Of a stretch of DNA of 64,000 nucleotides, positions 24,086-36,400 are shown piece by piece. The translations under genes were made by a program, and so were the position numbers. This DNA comes from Somniosus microcephalus (taxonomy: Eukaryota). The stretch is from contig CM126204.1 of NCBI GenBank assembly GCA_052327205.1, forward strand, positions 327,856,001 through 327,920,000. Direction: 5' to 3'. Position 1 is the stretch's first letter, and every line of letters begins with the position of its first letter. Under the pieces are notes generated by a model. That model was not told the origin of the DNA, did no database searches, and saw only the letters and a program-made list of their open reading frames with translations.

Positions 24086-25764
24086 ACAAAGTTCATTATG
24101 GGTTCTCCACCACGTTGTATAAAAATCTGTTATATAAGTCAAGACATAAAGGGAGTATTTTATTTTTTATCATTCATATTTCCTCACTTACGTGGGTGGC
24201 AGAGTAATTTGAGAGAAACATGTTGCTCCCCTTGCTTTTAATGGGCTGTTCCATTGATGATGTCATGGATTGAGTTACAATCTGTAATGGGTTTCCCACA
24301 TTACTTCTTCAATTAATTACATCATCCAGTGGAACAGTTCATAGAAAAAGAGGGGGGAAATCATAATTCTGGTATTAACATTTAAGATATATTCAAGACT
24401 TTGAATGCTTGAAACAACTAAGGGACTCACTCGTTGACAGAATCAGAAAAGCTTCCTGTAAGTTTGAGGATTTACTTTAAGGGTTAACTTCAAAAGGGGA
24501 GAGGAGAAAGGTGTTGCCCTTTTGTAAGAAAATGCTGGAGCAAGGGGTTTGTTTATAGTTTGCGCTTTTATCTTCCGCTGCGAGCTATTTAAATGTAAAT
24601 TCTTTCAGCCTCCTCTAGCCCTAACCTGGAGAAGATGAGGTTAGCAGCAAGCAAGCATTCTCTCTGAACCTTGCTGCCACTATCATCTGTTAGGCATCGA
24701 GTTACAGGGGCCTCCCGTGATTCAATGTTTACAAGGAATGTCTACCACCTTTAAAGTGGGGACAAGTAAACCTTTTGTTTCCATTTTTTTATTCCACAGA
24801 ACCAGCGCCCACTCCTAACTCTTTGCTTGCAAGTTGAAGCCTTACACATTTGGCTGCATGACTACAATGAACAGTCAAGGTTTTGCGTGCCTGCATGAAA
24901 ATTGGTTCTCTCTTTTCTTTTTCGGTTTCCCTGTAACTAGGTTATGATAAGATTCTTGCTTTGAAGTCAGCACGAGGCAGGTTTTGTCACGCATACCCTG
25001 TTGTTTGACTTGCGCAAAAGGAACCATAGATAACTTAAAAAATTCCTTCATAATGAAACTGAGCAGGATTACTATACACAGACGAGTTTCCAGCATGCCA
25101 CTGTTATAAAGGGAATTGTCACTACTGTAACTAAGCATCAACTAAGAAGCAAAATATATATTTTTTAAATTCCAAAGTAATGTTTTTTTGCCAAACAGAT
25201 TTTTGTAGAAAAATATTGCGGTCGTGTGTTTGTGCATAAACATATTGTGCCGTAAAATGGGAGGAAAAGATATCACATCCAAGATATGTTGGTCTTCCCT
25301 TCCCCATAGTTATTTTCCAATCTCAGCTGTGCCAAACTAAAGGCTGGACTCAGCTCCTAAAGGAGAGGAGTAACATTGAAGGGCAACTCATCCCTCAGCC
25401 TTGGTGCTGGTGCATGTTGACTCTTTCGTGGCCAACTGAACAAATAGAGGGTTTTGACTCTACAATTCACACATGTGTTCAAGCCCATCAGCGCGTGAAA
25501 TGGAGGAAAGGGAGAGCCTCATAATGCCTGCGGGTACGCGACAAGGCTGTAATTGAATGGGGGGGGTGGTGGGGGGGCGAGCGGGGCGTTGAGATGATAT
25601 CACAATTTACAACTTCAGTATTTTGTGAACATCATCCAAAACCCCTAAATTCATTTACATCCTTGTAACCTAATCCCAGATATTTATTATTTCCATTTTT
25701 GAACTCACTTGTACTTTAAAGAACATAATGGTTTCTCAAAATTGTTGCAATTTCTGTATTTTAG

Positions 25765-26217
25765 TAAGAAAGATTTGCATTTACATAGTGCCTTTCATGA
25801 CCTCAGGACCTCCCAAAGCACTTTACAGCAAATGAAGTACTTTTGAAGTGTAGTCACTGTTGTAATATAGGAATCATGGCAGCCAATTTGCACACAGCAA
25901 GCTCCCACAAACGAGATAATCCTGATTGATCACCTGATAATCTGTTCTTTTTAGTGATGTTGGTTGAGGGATAAATATTGGCCAAGACACTAGGGAGAAC
26001 TCTCCTACTCTTCTTTGAATAGTGCCATGGGATCTTTTACATCCAGCTGGGAGGGCAGCCGGGGCATCAGTTTAACGTCTCTTCCAAAAGACGGCACCTA
26101 CCTCAGTACTGCACAGGAGTGTCAGCCTGGAATTTGTGCTCAAGTCTCTGGAGTGGGACTTGAACCCACAACCTTCTGACTCAGAGGCGAAAGTGCTACC
26201 ACTGAGCCACAGCTGAC
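25765..26217 (-). mobile_element. SacSINE1/DeuSINE-like SINE, near full length
   Basis: Reverse complement of the 14422 and 60073 copies, ending ...accactgagccacagctgac. Confidence 0.85.
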
Positions 26218-27686
26218 ACATTTGGCTTTGCAAAATGTTATTCCTTCTACATTTCTCAATGTAAAGTATGTCTGCAGATTCTTTTCCAAAAGAATCAGTT
26301 TTTGTCAGTTTCCTCTTGAAGCTGGGTTTGCTTTTCATGGTATTATTAACTGGGCCTTGGAAAAATGCCTTGCGGTGACCCCTCCTGGCCAATAGGCCTC
26401 CCCTTCCTTACTGTGAAATCCTTCCCAGCCACTCTGCTGCCATAGCCCGTCAGCTGCTGATGGATTGATTTAGCACATGAAGGTCAAGCCAAGGACAATT
26501 CTTTCCCCAAATTCAAACAGACAGGGATGTGGGGGTCCCTTGAGCACTGACTATTTTATCACTGTTTTCTTAAAAGATTACTTCCCACTGTACTCCATCA
26601 GCCTCAAACAATATCGCCTACAATTTAATTTATTGGCAACTGTCAGTGATTCTTCAGAGACTAGTAAGGTTATAAAAATGAAGGTATCGTACTATATTTT
26701 CTCTGGCATTTGTGTTGTCAACTTCTAGTCATTTTTAAAACTTTGGTTGATCTTGTAATTAAAAAAAAACAAGGTACTTGACGAACAAATATTAGAACTT
26801 CTCGGCTGGCAACCCAAGGTGCTAAAATATTGACCATCCAGATTTCCAAATGTCCTTTCAAGGGACACAATGGCCAGTGCCATCATTGTTCCTCCCAGGA
26901 ACACAATCGGAAAGGCTCCATCCAAACTGTGTGTGTGTGTGAGAGAGAAACAAGCACTTTTTTAAATCAAGGTTGTCAGCCTTGATTGTGTTTTTGTACA
27001 GTATTCTGCATTACAGAAAATTATGGGCAATCTCTGAATATCAAAGACTTTTAGGACCCCGACCATGTGAAAAGGAAATGATATACTCAATGGTGCTGGG
27101 GAGAGGGTATTAGTCACAACTGGATATTCCACCAATCACAGAATCAATACTGCAAAAATATTTAAATCAAATTGAACAGTTTGCATGTGCAAAATAACAA
27201 CATTTAACATAATAAACCTCATCACACAGAGTTCCACAACTTGGTTTTAGCTTTAATCTTGGGGTATCACCAGCGTGTCATTCACCAATGGATCAGAAAG
27301 ACTATCCTGTTAGTGATAGTGAGTTCCACATGCCCTCTCTCTCTCTCACACACACACAAGAACCCACCATAACTCATTCTTGCTGGTTGCACATGTGAGT
27401 TGTGCCGCACTGGTGAGATGGACTCTATGTGTGCAGCAAAAAATTAAGCATTCAATGTGCAATAAAATAATCTTGTAACATTCTTTTTTAAATAGCTCCC
27501 CTTTTGGGTTTCTCTCTTTTACGCGTGACTCATGGTTCCAATGGCAAAGCTGCTCAACAACCAGTCACTAGTGGTAGGTAATAAAGAAACACTGGAAGAG
27601 GCCTGGGAGATGGTTGTTTGTTTAACCCCTCTGCTGGGGTAATACTTAGTGCGGGGAAGAGAAGAAAAAAATGAAAAGGGCCCATC

Positions 27687-27832
27687 CAATGTCCCCTCTA
27701 AGCTGTACACGTGCCCGGCCATACAACAATCGGGAAGGTACCGCGTAGGCCGCTCACAAGCTGTTCCCTCTAAGATACCACACAGCAAATTTAAAGGTAC
27801 CGCGCACAAATTTTTTTTTAGAAGGAACATTG
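27687..27832. mobile_element. hAT-like MITE, 146 bp
   Basis: TIR caatgtcccctctaa / ttagaaggaacattg. Degenerate 8-bp TSD ggcccatc / ggctcgtc. Internal duplication. Confidence 0.65.
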
Positions 27833-28022
27833 GGCTCGTCTCTGACCCTGAACCACCTGAGCACTACATTTGTGGTCGGAGTATTTTTGATGTAGCTCTT
27901 TAAGAGGTCCAGTATTTGAACAAAATGCGCACATTGTGAAAGAAATAATAATGGAGGAAAGTGCAACTCCCCTGCCCCTTCCTGTCTGACCACCACGACT
28001 GTTAATTACAAGAGACACTTAC

Positions 28023-28303
28023 AATGATGCCAGCTGTCCAAGGGTTGAGCAGCAGAAGCGCGCACACCAGGAACGTGCAGGCCAGCACAATGCTGATGGA
28101 GAGCAGAAACCAGTGCCTCAGGCCGATGTACTGTTCCCAGAACAGGAAAGGGTAACCGTTGGGATAGTTGAGCACCCCCTTCTTAGCGAACTCCTCACAT
28201 ATTGCTCTGATGCTCTCGATGGCTTCTATGAAATCTGAGGTTTTCTGCAGGCCGGTCAGGTAGAAAGGGAACTGAGCAAACTCGATAAGCTCAGCAGCAG
28301 GAA
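28023..28303 (-). CDS. ptch2: Patched-2 exon 18, 281 bp
   Basis: (I)[93 protein letters not shown]. Confidence 0.96.
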
Positions 28304-29644
28304 CTGTGTAAAAGGGCGAGAGGAGGGAAAGGCAGAAAACAGTTAAAATGAGGTGAAAAATTAAACATGATAGATGATAACATCTATCAAGTATAGTGAC
28401 CCATACTGCGGTGGGTTTCCTCCCCCACGCATTGTTACAGGTTAATAGCATATCCTGTATCTATTATAATACTGTACAGGAAATGTCACTGTTATAATTG
28501 TTGCAGCAACATCACCAGGATTCTACGTACTGTACCACAGTTTCAGGGAGCCACTGAAAGGGTCCATCCTTATCTTACATTAATCTGTATAACTGTGATT
28601 GCATTGATTGCAGCAGGTGGGACGAGGCTGCTGCAAAATAGATTTGCCGTCAGGGATTAGATTTGGTATGACTGCCATATGGAACATCTGATTGCTGCAG
28701 ACAGGACATGACCATTTGGCACGGTCAGTGGATGTCCAGGTGACCTCTGCAAATGGGTCATGTGGCTGTTAGCTGCTGACTGTGATTGCGCAGAACAGGT
28801 GGTTGCTGCTAATTAGCAGCATTGCAACAATAGAGAAAACCCATCAGCACCCAGAGGGCATGACTGATCTGGCCAGATGATTGTTGAAACAGACAGGAGA
28901 CCAGTTTACACAGAATCTCGTTAAAGTTGCCAGACTCCAGATGTACTCCGATCTCTTCGTGCCACCCTGCACCATCTCCTGAATAAGATGGCTCGCAGTC
29001 AGCCTAATTTTAAATCTCTATACCAGTGCCACCTTGGGGTCCTGCTGTTGAAAAGAAGTTATTCAGAACAGCCTCAGTGAGCTCATACTCCCTCAGCCCT
29101 GCTTCATTGACCTTATCTCCCCATGACTAGGTTTTGCCATAAAGGGAAGTGCAGGCAAGCACGTGTGCCCTATCAGTCCAGGATGCAGTGCATCGATTCA
29201 TTGACGTACTGTGCCACCACCACTGTTCCAGTAGTTTGGTTGCGAAGAGGCGTCCAGCTTGACTATATTTTTACAAGGACTGTGGGTCACTCCATCCCAC
29301 AGTGACACCGATGACAGTGTCAAAGTGATGATGTGAATAAGCCGCAGTGTGCATGCGGGAAGCGAGAGATTCCTTTGGTGGTGTCATCATTAAATAAATC
29401 ATAGGCTAATTACTTTCAAAACGGCTACTGCCAACAAGGGAGAGCGGAATAGCAGGTGGCAATGGAAAACCAAACTGAGCTTTATTGCCCTATATTGATG
29501 AATTTATCTTTCACACTCAGGATGGTAAAGGTTTACAGGTTACGTTTTAGCAGTACGTCCTCTGGGTTATATTCTAGAGTTCTTCTCAAGATAAGACCTT
29601 TCGCCCAGTTACACATAGGCTTTGGAACACTTTGCAATACCTAC

Positions 29645-29825
29645 TTCTCAAATTCTCTCCGGTTGTGTCATATTTGTCGTGAATCCATTCAGGTGGGTGA
29701 GGGTTGAAGTTAGCCTGAGATGCAGCGTAACCCAGGGGGTCATTGCTGACCCACACTGTGAGATAGATGTAAAAGGTGTCAGGATTGATTGTTCCATCCT
29801 CATCCACCAACTGCCTCGAAGTCAA
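29645..29825 (-). CDS. ptch2: Patched-2 exon 17, 181 bp
   Basis: [60 protein letters not shown](I). Donor A|gtaggt, phase consistent with exon 18. Confidence 0.94.
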
Positions 29826-30801
29826 CTATAACAAAGAAGACGGGGAAACTGTTATTGCACCTTTTTACCTTTATGTGGGACATGGGCAAAATGGTGTATC
29901 GGCATTCATGAGCCAGCCTTAGAGGTCACAACCAACATAAAAGAACAGTAAATCTGTGTTCACAAACATTGAAGCTTTCATCTTCTACAGTCTGGAACTA
30001 GACAGGTTTTAATTCTGGTTTTATTTCTGTTCACAGTTATACAGTACATGATTTGTGAGTAGTTTTCTTTTATGACAGGGTGGAATTTGTACTCAGCAGC
30101 ATAAAGAATATCCGTGGTGGGGAATGGAATATTTTCCTGCTTTTTGCATCATATAAGCATACAAGTATGATTGACAGGAAAAGGGCAGATAGTCCATCAA
30201 GCCTGTCCACTGCAGTCATGATAAAACTGAACATCATGATCCCCATGGACCCATCACACACCAGGAGCTATGTCATCTGGAATAGGGAAAAGATCAGAGA
30301 AAAACCATAGGCCAATTCAGGGGGAAAGAATCTGGAAAATTCCTCACCGACCCCCGAGGGTGATTAAAACAAGTTCCAGGAGCCCACAGCGAGCGTGAGA
30401 CACATCACCCAATATCAGCAAGTCAGGTACAACGCATGCTGGATTTGGAGTAAAGCTCCCTCCACTGTGCTCCACGTATATGCCTTAACCTAGTCTTAGA
30501 ATGCTATTCAGGCACCAGTGTGACATTTCCTGCATTGGGTATCCTTGTAATCTGAATGGGACTCTTAATTGAGTGCCAAATTCGGGATGCCGGAGAAAGA
30601 AGATTTCCATCCCATGAATCAGGACTGGATTCAAACCCAGGCCTTAGATTGTGTGCGCTAATTAACTGTGCCATTCAGATCCATAAAATGTTCTGATTAC
30701 TGACAGCTTCATTCGTACATTCTAACAGAGAAGGCAATTTTATGCCATTTAAGCCCAGCCCACACAGACCAATCAAAGGGCTACATGCTTATCTGGCTCA
30801 C

Positions 30802-30944
30802 CTGGTTATAGTTGAAGGGCTCTTTCTTGTTTCCAGTTTGTATGAGTAGTTTATAGGCGAGGACTCCATCTTCTGAGCCATTGCGGTAACTCTCCCTGGT
30901 GATTTTGCCTGTCCGCCAATCTTCATCAAATGCAGCCTGTAACC
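30802..30944 (-). CDS. ptch2: Patched-2 exon 16, 143 bp
   Basis: Hand translation (G)LQAAFDEDWRTGKITRESYRNGSEDGVLAYKLLIQTGNKKEPFNYNQ. Donor CAG|gtgagc. Confidence 0.95.
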
Positions 30945-31297
30945 CTGGGTGATGAAGTCAACAGCATGTGAGAAGTCAGAAGGGCTGGCATGTAGCTATT
31001 ATAACACTAGTGAAAAATGCTTTTAATCCGATCCTGGGAAGAGCTCCTACTTACGCATGGTTGGGGATAGAGTATTGTGGTAGATCTGCACTACAACTGA
31101 CCCATCCTCAGGCGAGTACTCTTTACCACATGGTTGTCAAATTTACATTTACTGAAGCTTCTATCCATAATGGGGCCTCTAAAGTGAGATTGCTGCCAAA
31201 CTCGGAGTAGGTTTATGAAAATTAACAGATATAGCAGTATTGCTCAGGCAGTTATACCACATCTTGGGAGCTCAGATAGCACCAATAAATCACCGAG

Positions 31298-31476
31298 GGG
31301 TAGGTTTTCCTCTTCAGCACCTGGGGGGTAATCTGGCGGAGTGGATCGCTCACCCATTTTAGAACGGGCCTAATTTTCATATGATTAATTTCATTGGAAT
31401 GAAAACCTGGCAAGCTCTGTAAAGGGGGGTGCGATCCGTTCCACCAAATAATTGCCCTGAAGACAAAAATCTACCC
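31298..31476. mobile_element. Short palindromic MITE
   Basis: Ends gggtaggtttt / aaaatctaccc, GAG on both flanks, fold-back interior. Confidence 0.6.
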
Positions 31477-31554
31477 GAGCTTCACTTTTATAATTGCACC
31501 ACTTACAAGAAGTATGCACTCTACACCTGCTGTCCTGCTGCCCTTTAGTATATC

Positions 31555-31735
31555 ACTAAAATACAGATTATCTGGTCATTTATCACATTGCTGTTGCTAT
31601 CAAAATTGGCTGCCGCATTTCCCACATTACAACAGTGACTACACTTCAAAAAGTACTTCATTGGCTGTAAAGCGCTTTGAGACATCTGGTGGCCGTGAAA
31701 GGCGCTGTATAAATGCAAGTCTTTCTTTCTTTCTT
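31555..31735 (+). mobile_element. SacSINE1-like SINE 3' part
   Basis: cagattatctggtcattt...acaacagtgactacacttcaaa...ataaatgcaagtctttctttc. Confidence 0.75.
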
Positions 31736-31737
31736 GT

Positions 31738-33400
31738 CCTTCTAGGTGCTAGAGGTCACGGGTTTGGGAGGTACTGTCAAAGAAGCCTTGGCGAGTTGCT
31801 GCAGACACGGTGCATCAGTGGTGGAGGGACTGAGGCCTAGAAATTGGCCTGAGGCGCCCAAGCGGTGCAAAGTTCGCTTGTGCGCTGGAATTTGCGCCGC
31901 GATCGCCACATTAGCGATCGCCGCAAATTCAGTTGAAGTGCCCCTAGAGGGAGACGGGGCGCGGCTCGAGGCGCTCCGCGTCCCTCTTAGGGCGCTGGCG
32001 CTGAAACTGAATATCGCAGCGCAACATGCCGCAGCGCCACACGCTGTGGCACGGCGCGCTGCGGTACTGCAGGCCTTCCTCCCACTGTTAAGGGGGAGGG
32101 GCCTGCAACAGCGCGATCCCCGCTCGCAAGTGCTAGCAAACGAGCCCGGCACCAAGGAGAAGTGCCGGGCTCTCGGGAAACAGCCGGCAATGCCGCGGGG
32201 AGGGGGGTTAGGAGGCCGGGGATGGAGGTGCTGGCAGGCGGCCGCCCCGCACCTCCACCTTAACTTGCGCTGCTGCCGGCACAGTAAGGCCCTGTGAACC
32301 GGGCGCGGGTAGCGAACGGTGCAACTGCGGCGTTCGCTACCAAATATCGCGAACGGGGCGCAAATGGGGTGCTGCGCACACCGATGACATCATCGGTGGT
32401 GGCGCAGCGCAAATGGCTAACGCCACCATTAGCGCCCCTGCTGAATATCGTGGGAGGCGCAGCCAGTGGCGCTACAGCCACTGACTGCCTCTTTAGGCGC
32501 TAAGAGGTGGCGCTACTCACCCAATTTTTCCCCCTGAATGTTTAAGGTGCTGGATGGGGTGCCAATCAAGTGGGCTGCTTTGTCCTGGATGGTGTTGAGC
32601 TTTTTGAGTGTTGTTGGAGCTGCACTCATCCAGGCAAGTGGAGAGTATTCCATCACACTCCTGACTTGTGCCTTGTAGATGGTGGGAAGGCTTTGGGGAG
32701 TCAGGAGGTGAGTCACTCACTCAGAATACCCAGCCTCTGACCTTATCTTGTAGCCACAGTATTTATGTAGCTGGTCCAGTTAAGTTTCTGGTCAATGGTG
32801 ATCCCCAGGATGTTGATGGTGGGGGATTCGACAATGGCAATGCAATTGAATGTCAATGGGAGGTGGTTATACTTTCTCTTGTTGGAGGTGGTCATTGCCT
32901 GGCGCTTGAGTGGCATGAATGTTACTTGCTACTTATCAGCACAAGCCTGAATGTCATCCAGGTCTTGCTGCATGCGGGCATGGACTGTTTCATTATCTGT
33001 GGAGTTGCGAATGGAACTGAACACTGTGCAATCATCAGCGAACATTCCCACTTTTGACCTTATGATGGAGGGAAGGCCATTGATGAAGCAGCTGAAGATG
33101 GTTGGGCCTAGGACACTGCCCTGAGGAACTGCTGCAGCGATGTCCTGGGGTTGAGATGATTGGCCTCCAACAAGCACAGCCATCTTCCTTTGTGCTAGGT
33201 ATGACTCCAGCCAGTGGAGAGTTTCCCTCCCGATTCCCATTGACTTCAGTTTTACTAGGGCTCCGTAATGCCACACTCACTCAAATGCTGCCTTGGTGTC
33301 AAGGGCAGTCACTCTCAGCTCACCTCTGGAATTCAGCTTTTTTATCCATGTTTGGGCCAAGGCTGTAATGAGGTCAGGAGCTGAGTGGTCTTGGCAGAAC
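31738..33400 (-). mobile_element. CR1-group LINE RT fragment interrupted by MITE copy B
   Basis: VPQGSVLGPTIFSCFIN...MFADDCTVF and TIYKAQVRSVMEYSPLAW, with frameshifts. Confidence 0.88.
31834..32534. mobile_element. GC-rich 701-bp MITE, copy B
   Basis: Left end ggcctagaaattgg, right end ccaatttttccccc. TSD TGA at 31831-31833 and 32535-32537. Confidence 0.88.
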
Positions 33401-36400
33401 CATTGATTTGCCCCGAAATGCAAAATAAGTGTAACAAAACAAATTGATTCAAACAAAACTTTTCAGAACAATTCAGTTGCTGCCACCATTTAATCTTGTG
33501 GCTTTAAAAAAAACACTTCAAAGCAGTAATTTAACATCACTGGAAAAAACCCACAATTAAGATCTGGGAATGCCTGGGGTGTATTAAAAGGCACTGTGTG
33601 CAAGTTTAATTTTTATTTTTAGATCGTTGAATGATACCCTGTGTGGTCTGACAGAAAAGGATATACTGTCTTTCAAAAAGCAATAGCCTGCTCAATCTGT
33701 TACGGCTGTGACAAAGGCATTTTTTAAACCAGTAAACTCCATCTGGCAAACCCTTTGAACATTCAAGCATCTTTACTTCACTTTTATTTTGCATCTGTGT
33801 GTGTTTCTCACTCTAGTTCTTTCTATCTGTGCCTCCGACACTCTTTAAGAGCAGTAAAATGCTCAACTGTGCCAATGACTTCACTATTTGCTGAAATCCT
33901 GATCTCAGTCGAGGAGGATTATTTCCCCCAAAAGCTGTAGCAATAAAGGATACCCTCATAAGTGCTGGCACGATTTGATGTTAATAGCAGTGGAAATATC
34001 CACATTATACATGAGTGACAAATTTGCTCGGCTGGACCTGTTGGGTGTACAAGTTGTATAAAAATGAAATGCCATCTGTAGCCATGGGATGAACTAATTA
34101 TACCATGAAATGAGCTAGGATGTGGCAATCTTTTCATTGGTGGAGAAGAAAGAAGTGAATATTATTTAAATAAAATATCTGATACCTGCAAACATTTCAA
34201 CTGTTTTGCTATGATTCTTGAAGAAAATGGAGAAGTACCATTTTGTCCCATACCGAGGCGACTTTCTATCAGCCGTGGACACATATGCCTGCTAAACTGG
34301 CAGACTGAGCCTCAACTTTTAACTTTAAACTCTTTGATATTTTAATAGAAAGAATTGGGGAGGTGGATGGGAGGGTCCCAGAGACCCTCTAAGACTTGCC
34401 TCTTCTAATGCAAAGCTGCACAAATTCACTTCTGAAGCTCCGTGCACCGTCTGTCAACAGCGTAGGTTCAACAAAAAAAAATTGTTGGTGGGACTCTTGG
34501 GAGAGTTGGGTCAAGGGTTTCAAAGCTTGAGCATTTCTGGCTACCACAAGCTTCAGTGAGGATTGTAGCTGCACTCAGTAACTGTCTGAGCTAAGAGAAG
34601 CTGTGTGGAGTGAGTGTACCTGCCTAATGTCAGACCAAAGTGCCTGTCAGGGAAAAAATAAAAAGCCATCCAGCTGTCAGGTGCATTTGCCATGGTGTTA
34701 GCACACCCGTGTATAATTGGTCAACAGCATAAAGGACAAGCTCGTTTATCTTTTTTCTAAATCAAGCAAAATGTGTTCGCAGAAGCAGCAGTAGTATCAT
34801 GAGTTATTTTTATATTTAGCTTTGTTTCCCTGGTGAGATATGTACGTACGGTGCACATGGTGATTATTTCAGTACATGAATGCATAAAGGAGGTTTACTG
34901 AATGGGGAGGGGGGGGGGGGGAGACTTCCACTGTCAGCTTCGAAGTTCCAGATGTGGACTCCGTACACTTCTCCATATGACAATTACACCAGACAAACCT
35001 AGTTCTGAATTGCGGGCAGGTATGATGGAGAAAAATATCTCACAAAGGGAACAAAGTCTGTGTATGTGCATATCGGAGAAAGAGAGGAGGGGAATGGGAA
35101 AATGACAGTATTGTGGTCACAGTATCACTAAAAAACCCACTAAAATACCAACACAGTTGAAGGAAGTTTTGGAACAAAGCTATAAAAAAATCCTAATCCG
35201 CAGCCTTGTAAAGCGAATCCAATGAGTGTCTTCGATTACAGGGCTGAGGTAGGATAATGATCCCACCTCATGCATGTCCTTGGCAAAGTGTTGGGTGCTT
35301 GTCAGAGAGATTCTGCTGAAATGTAAACACACCTTGTCATTCAATCTCACAACTGCAATCAACTCAAACCCTCAAGGCATCAGGATGTAATACGAGTAGG
35401 TTTACTGGGGAAAGAGAAAGGCATCGTTGTATTTCCCGCCCTCCCTTCCCCCTTCAGCCCCAAAGGGAATTCAACACTTCAGAGTAAATTTCTGTACTCT
35501 ATGCTCCGAGAGCTGCAAGGCAGCTGTGTTTATGCTGATGAGAGGCTAAGAACAATGCTGTTTACTGGTACCAGAGGGCACCACCGAGCCCGCCCATGGA
35601 AAGGCTGGGACAAAGCAGGAGGTGCCATATTTTGGGCAGTATGACACATGAAAAAAATGAACAACTCTTCAACAAGCTGTTGGACAGGAATGGAAGGTGA
35701 TGATGAGGATAGGTGCTAGATATATAGCACTTAAAACTCTCAACAACTATCAGTAAACAGTATCGCAGAGCTGTCAGTTGCGAGGGATTGGTTTACTCTC
35801 CATCGAAGCTGACTTAAAAACAAGATTCGGATTTTAAATACAGAGCCCAGTGAGACGTTAAGAATCATACATCTGATCTACAAGCAAATGGATCCTTGGA
35901 TGAAGCACAGCAAATCTGTCTCTTTTATAGCAGCAGGAAAATGGAAAAATGGTCATCAAATTGCACGACAGAACAGTCTTTTGAAATAACAACAGAAAAT
36001 GCTGGAAAAACTCAGCAGGCCAGGCAACATCCGTGGAGAGAAAGTGAAGACTGCATTTTTTCCTGTGTGATGTATGTGTTCAAAAATTTTTTTTAAATAG
36101 AATCTCTACCGAGCATCAGCTCAAAGAATACTATAGTCATTTCTGATTGATGAGCAAATACATTTTTCAAAACACAAAATATTTTTTGATGTGAAAATTT
36201 TCCTGAACCGTCTGTTTATGTTGTGACCCTGTTTTTTTTTTAACTTTGCAGCTCCAAAGTGGTCTAGACATCAACGGGTTAAAGAATGTACATTTCCTTT
36301 CTTGGAACTTAACCCTGAAAGCACTAGTGACTTTTGATCAGTTCACGTAGTAACTGGGCTGCTTTTCACTTAGACAGGTAGGCCATGCTTATATAACTCT

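Noticed and set aside
22628-24089. Reverse-transcriptase-like ORFs (also 32929, 40342 and 44225) as functional genes
   Set aside because: They are 5'-truncated, frameshifted LINE relics.
25807-25815. GLI-like GACCTCCCA
   Set aside because: It sits in a SINE tail and is a single-base variant of the repeat consensus.
31742-32503. Paired ORFs shared with 39313-40035 and partly with 5985-6498, suggesting a small gene family
   Set aside because: They lie inside GC-rich MITE copies, are open on both strands because of base composition, and show no recognisable domain.
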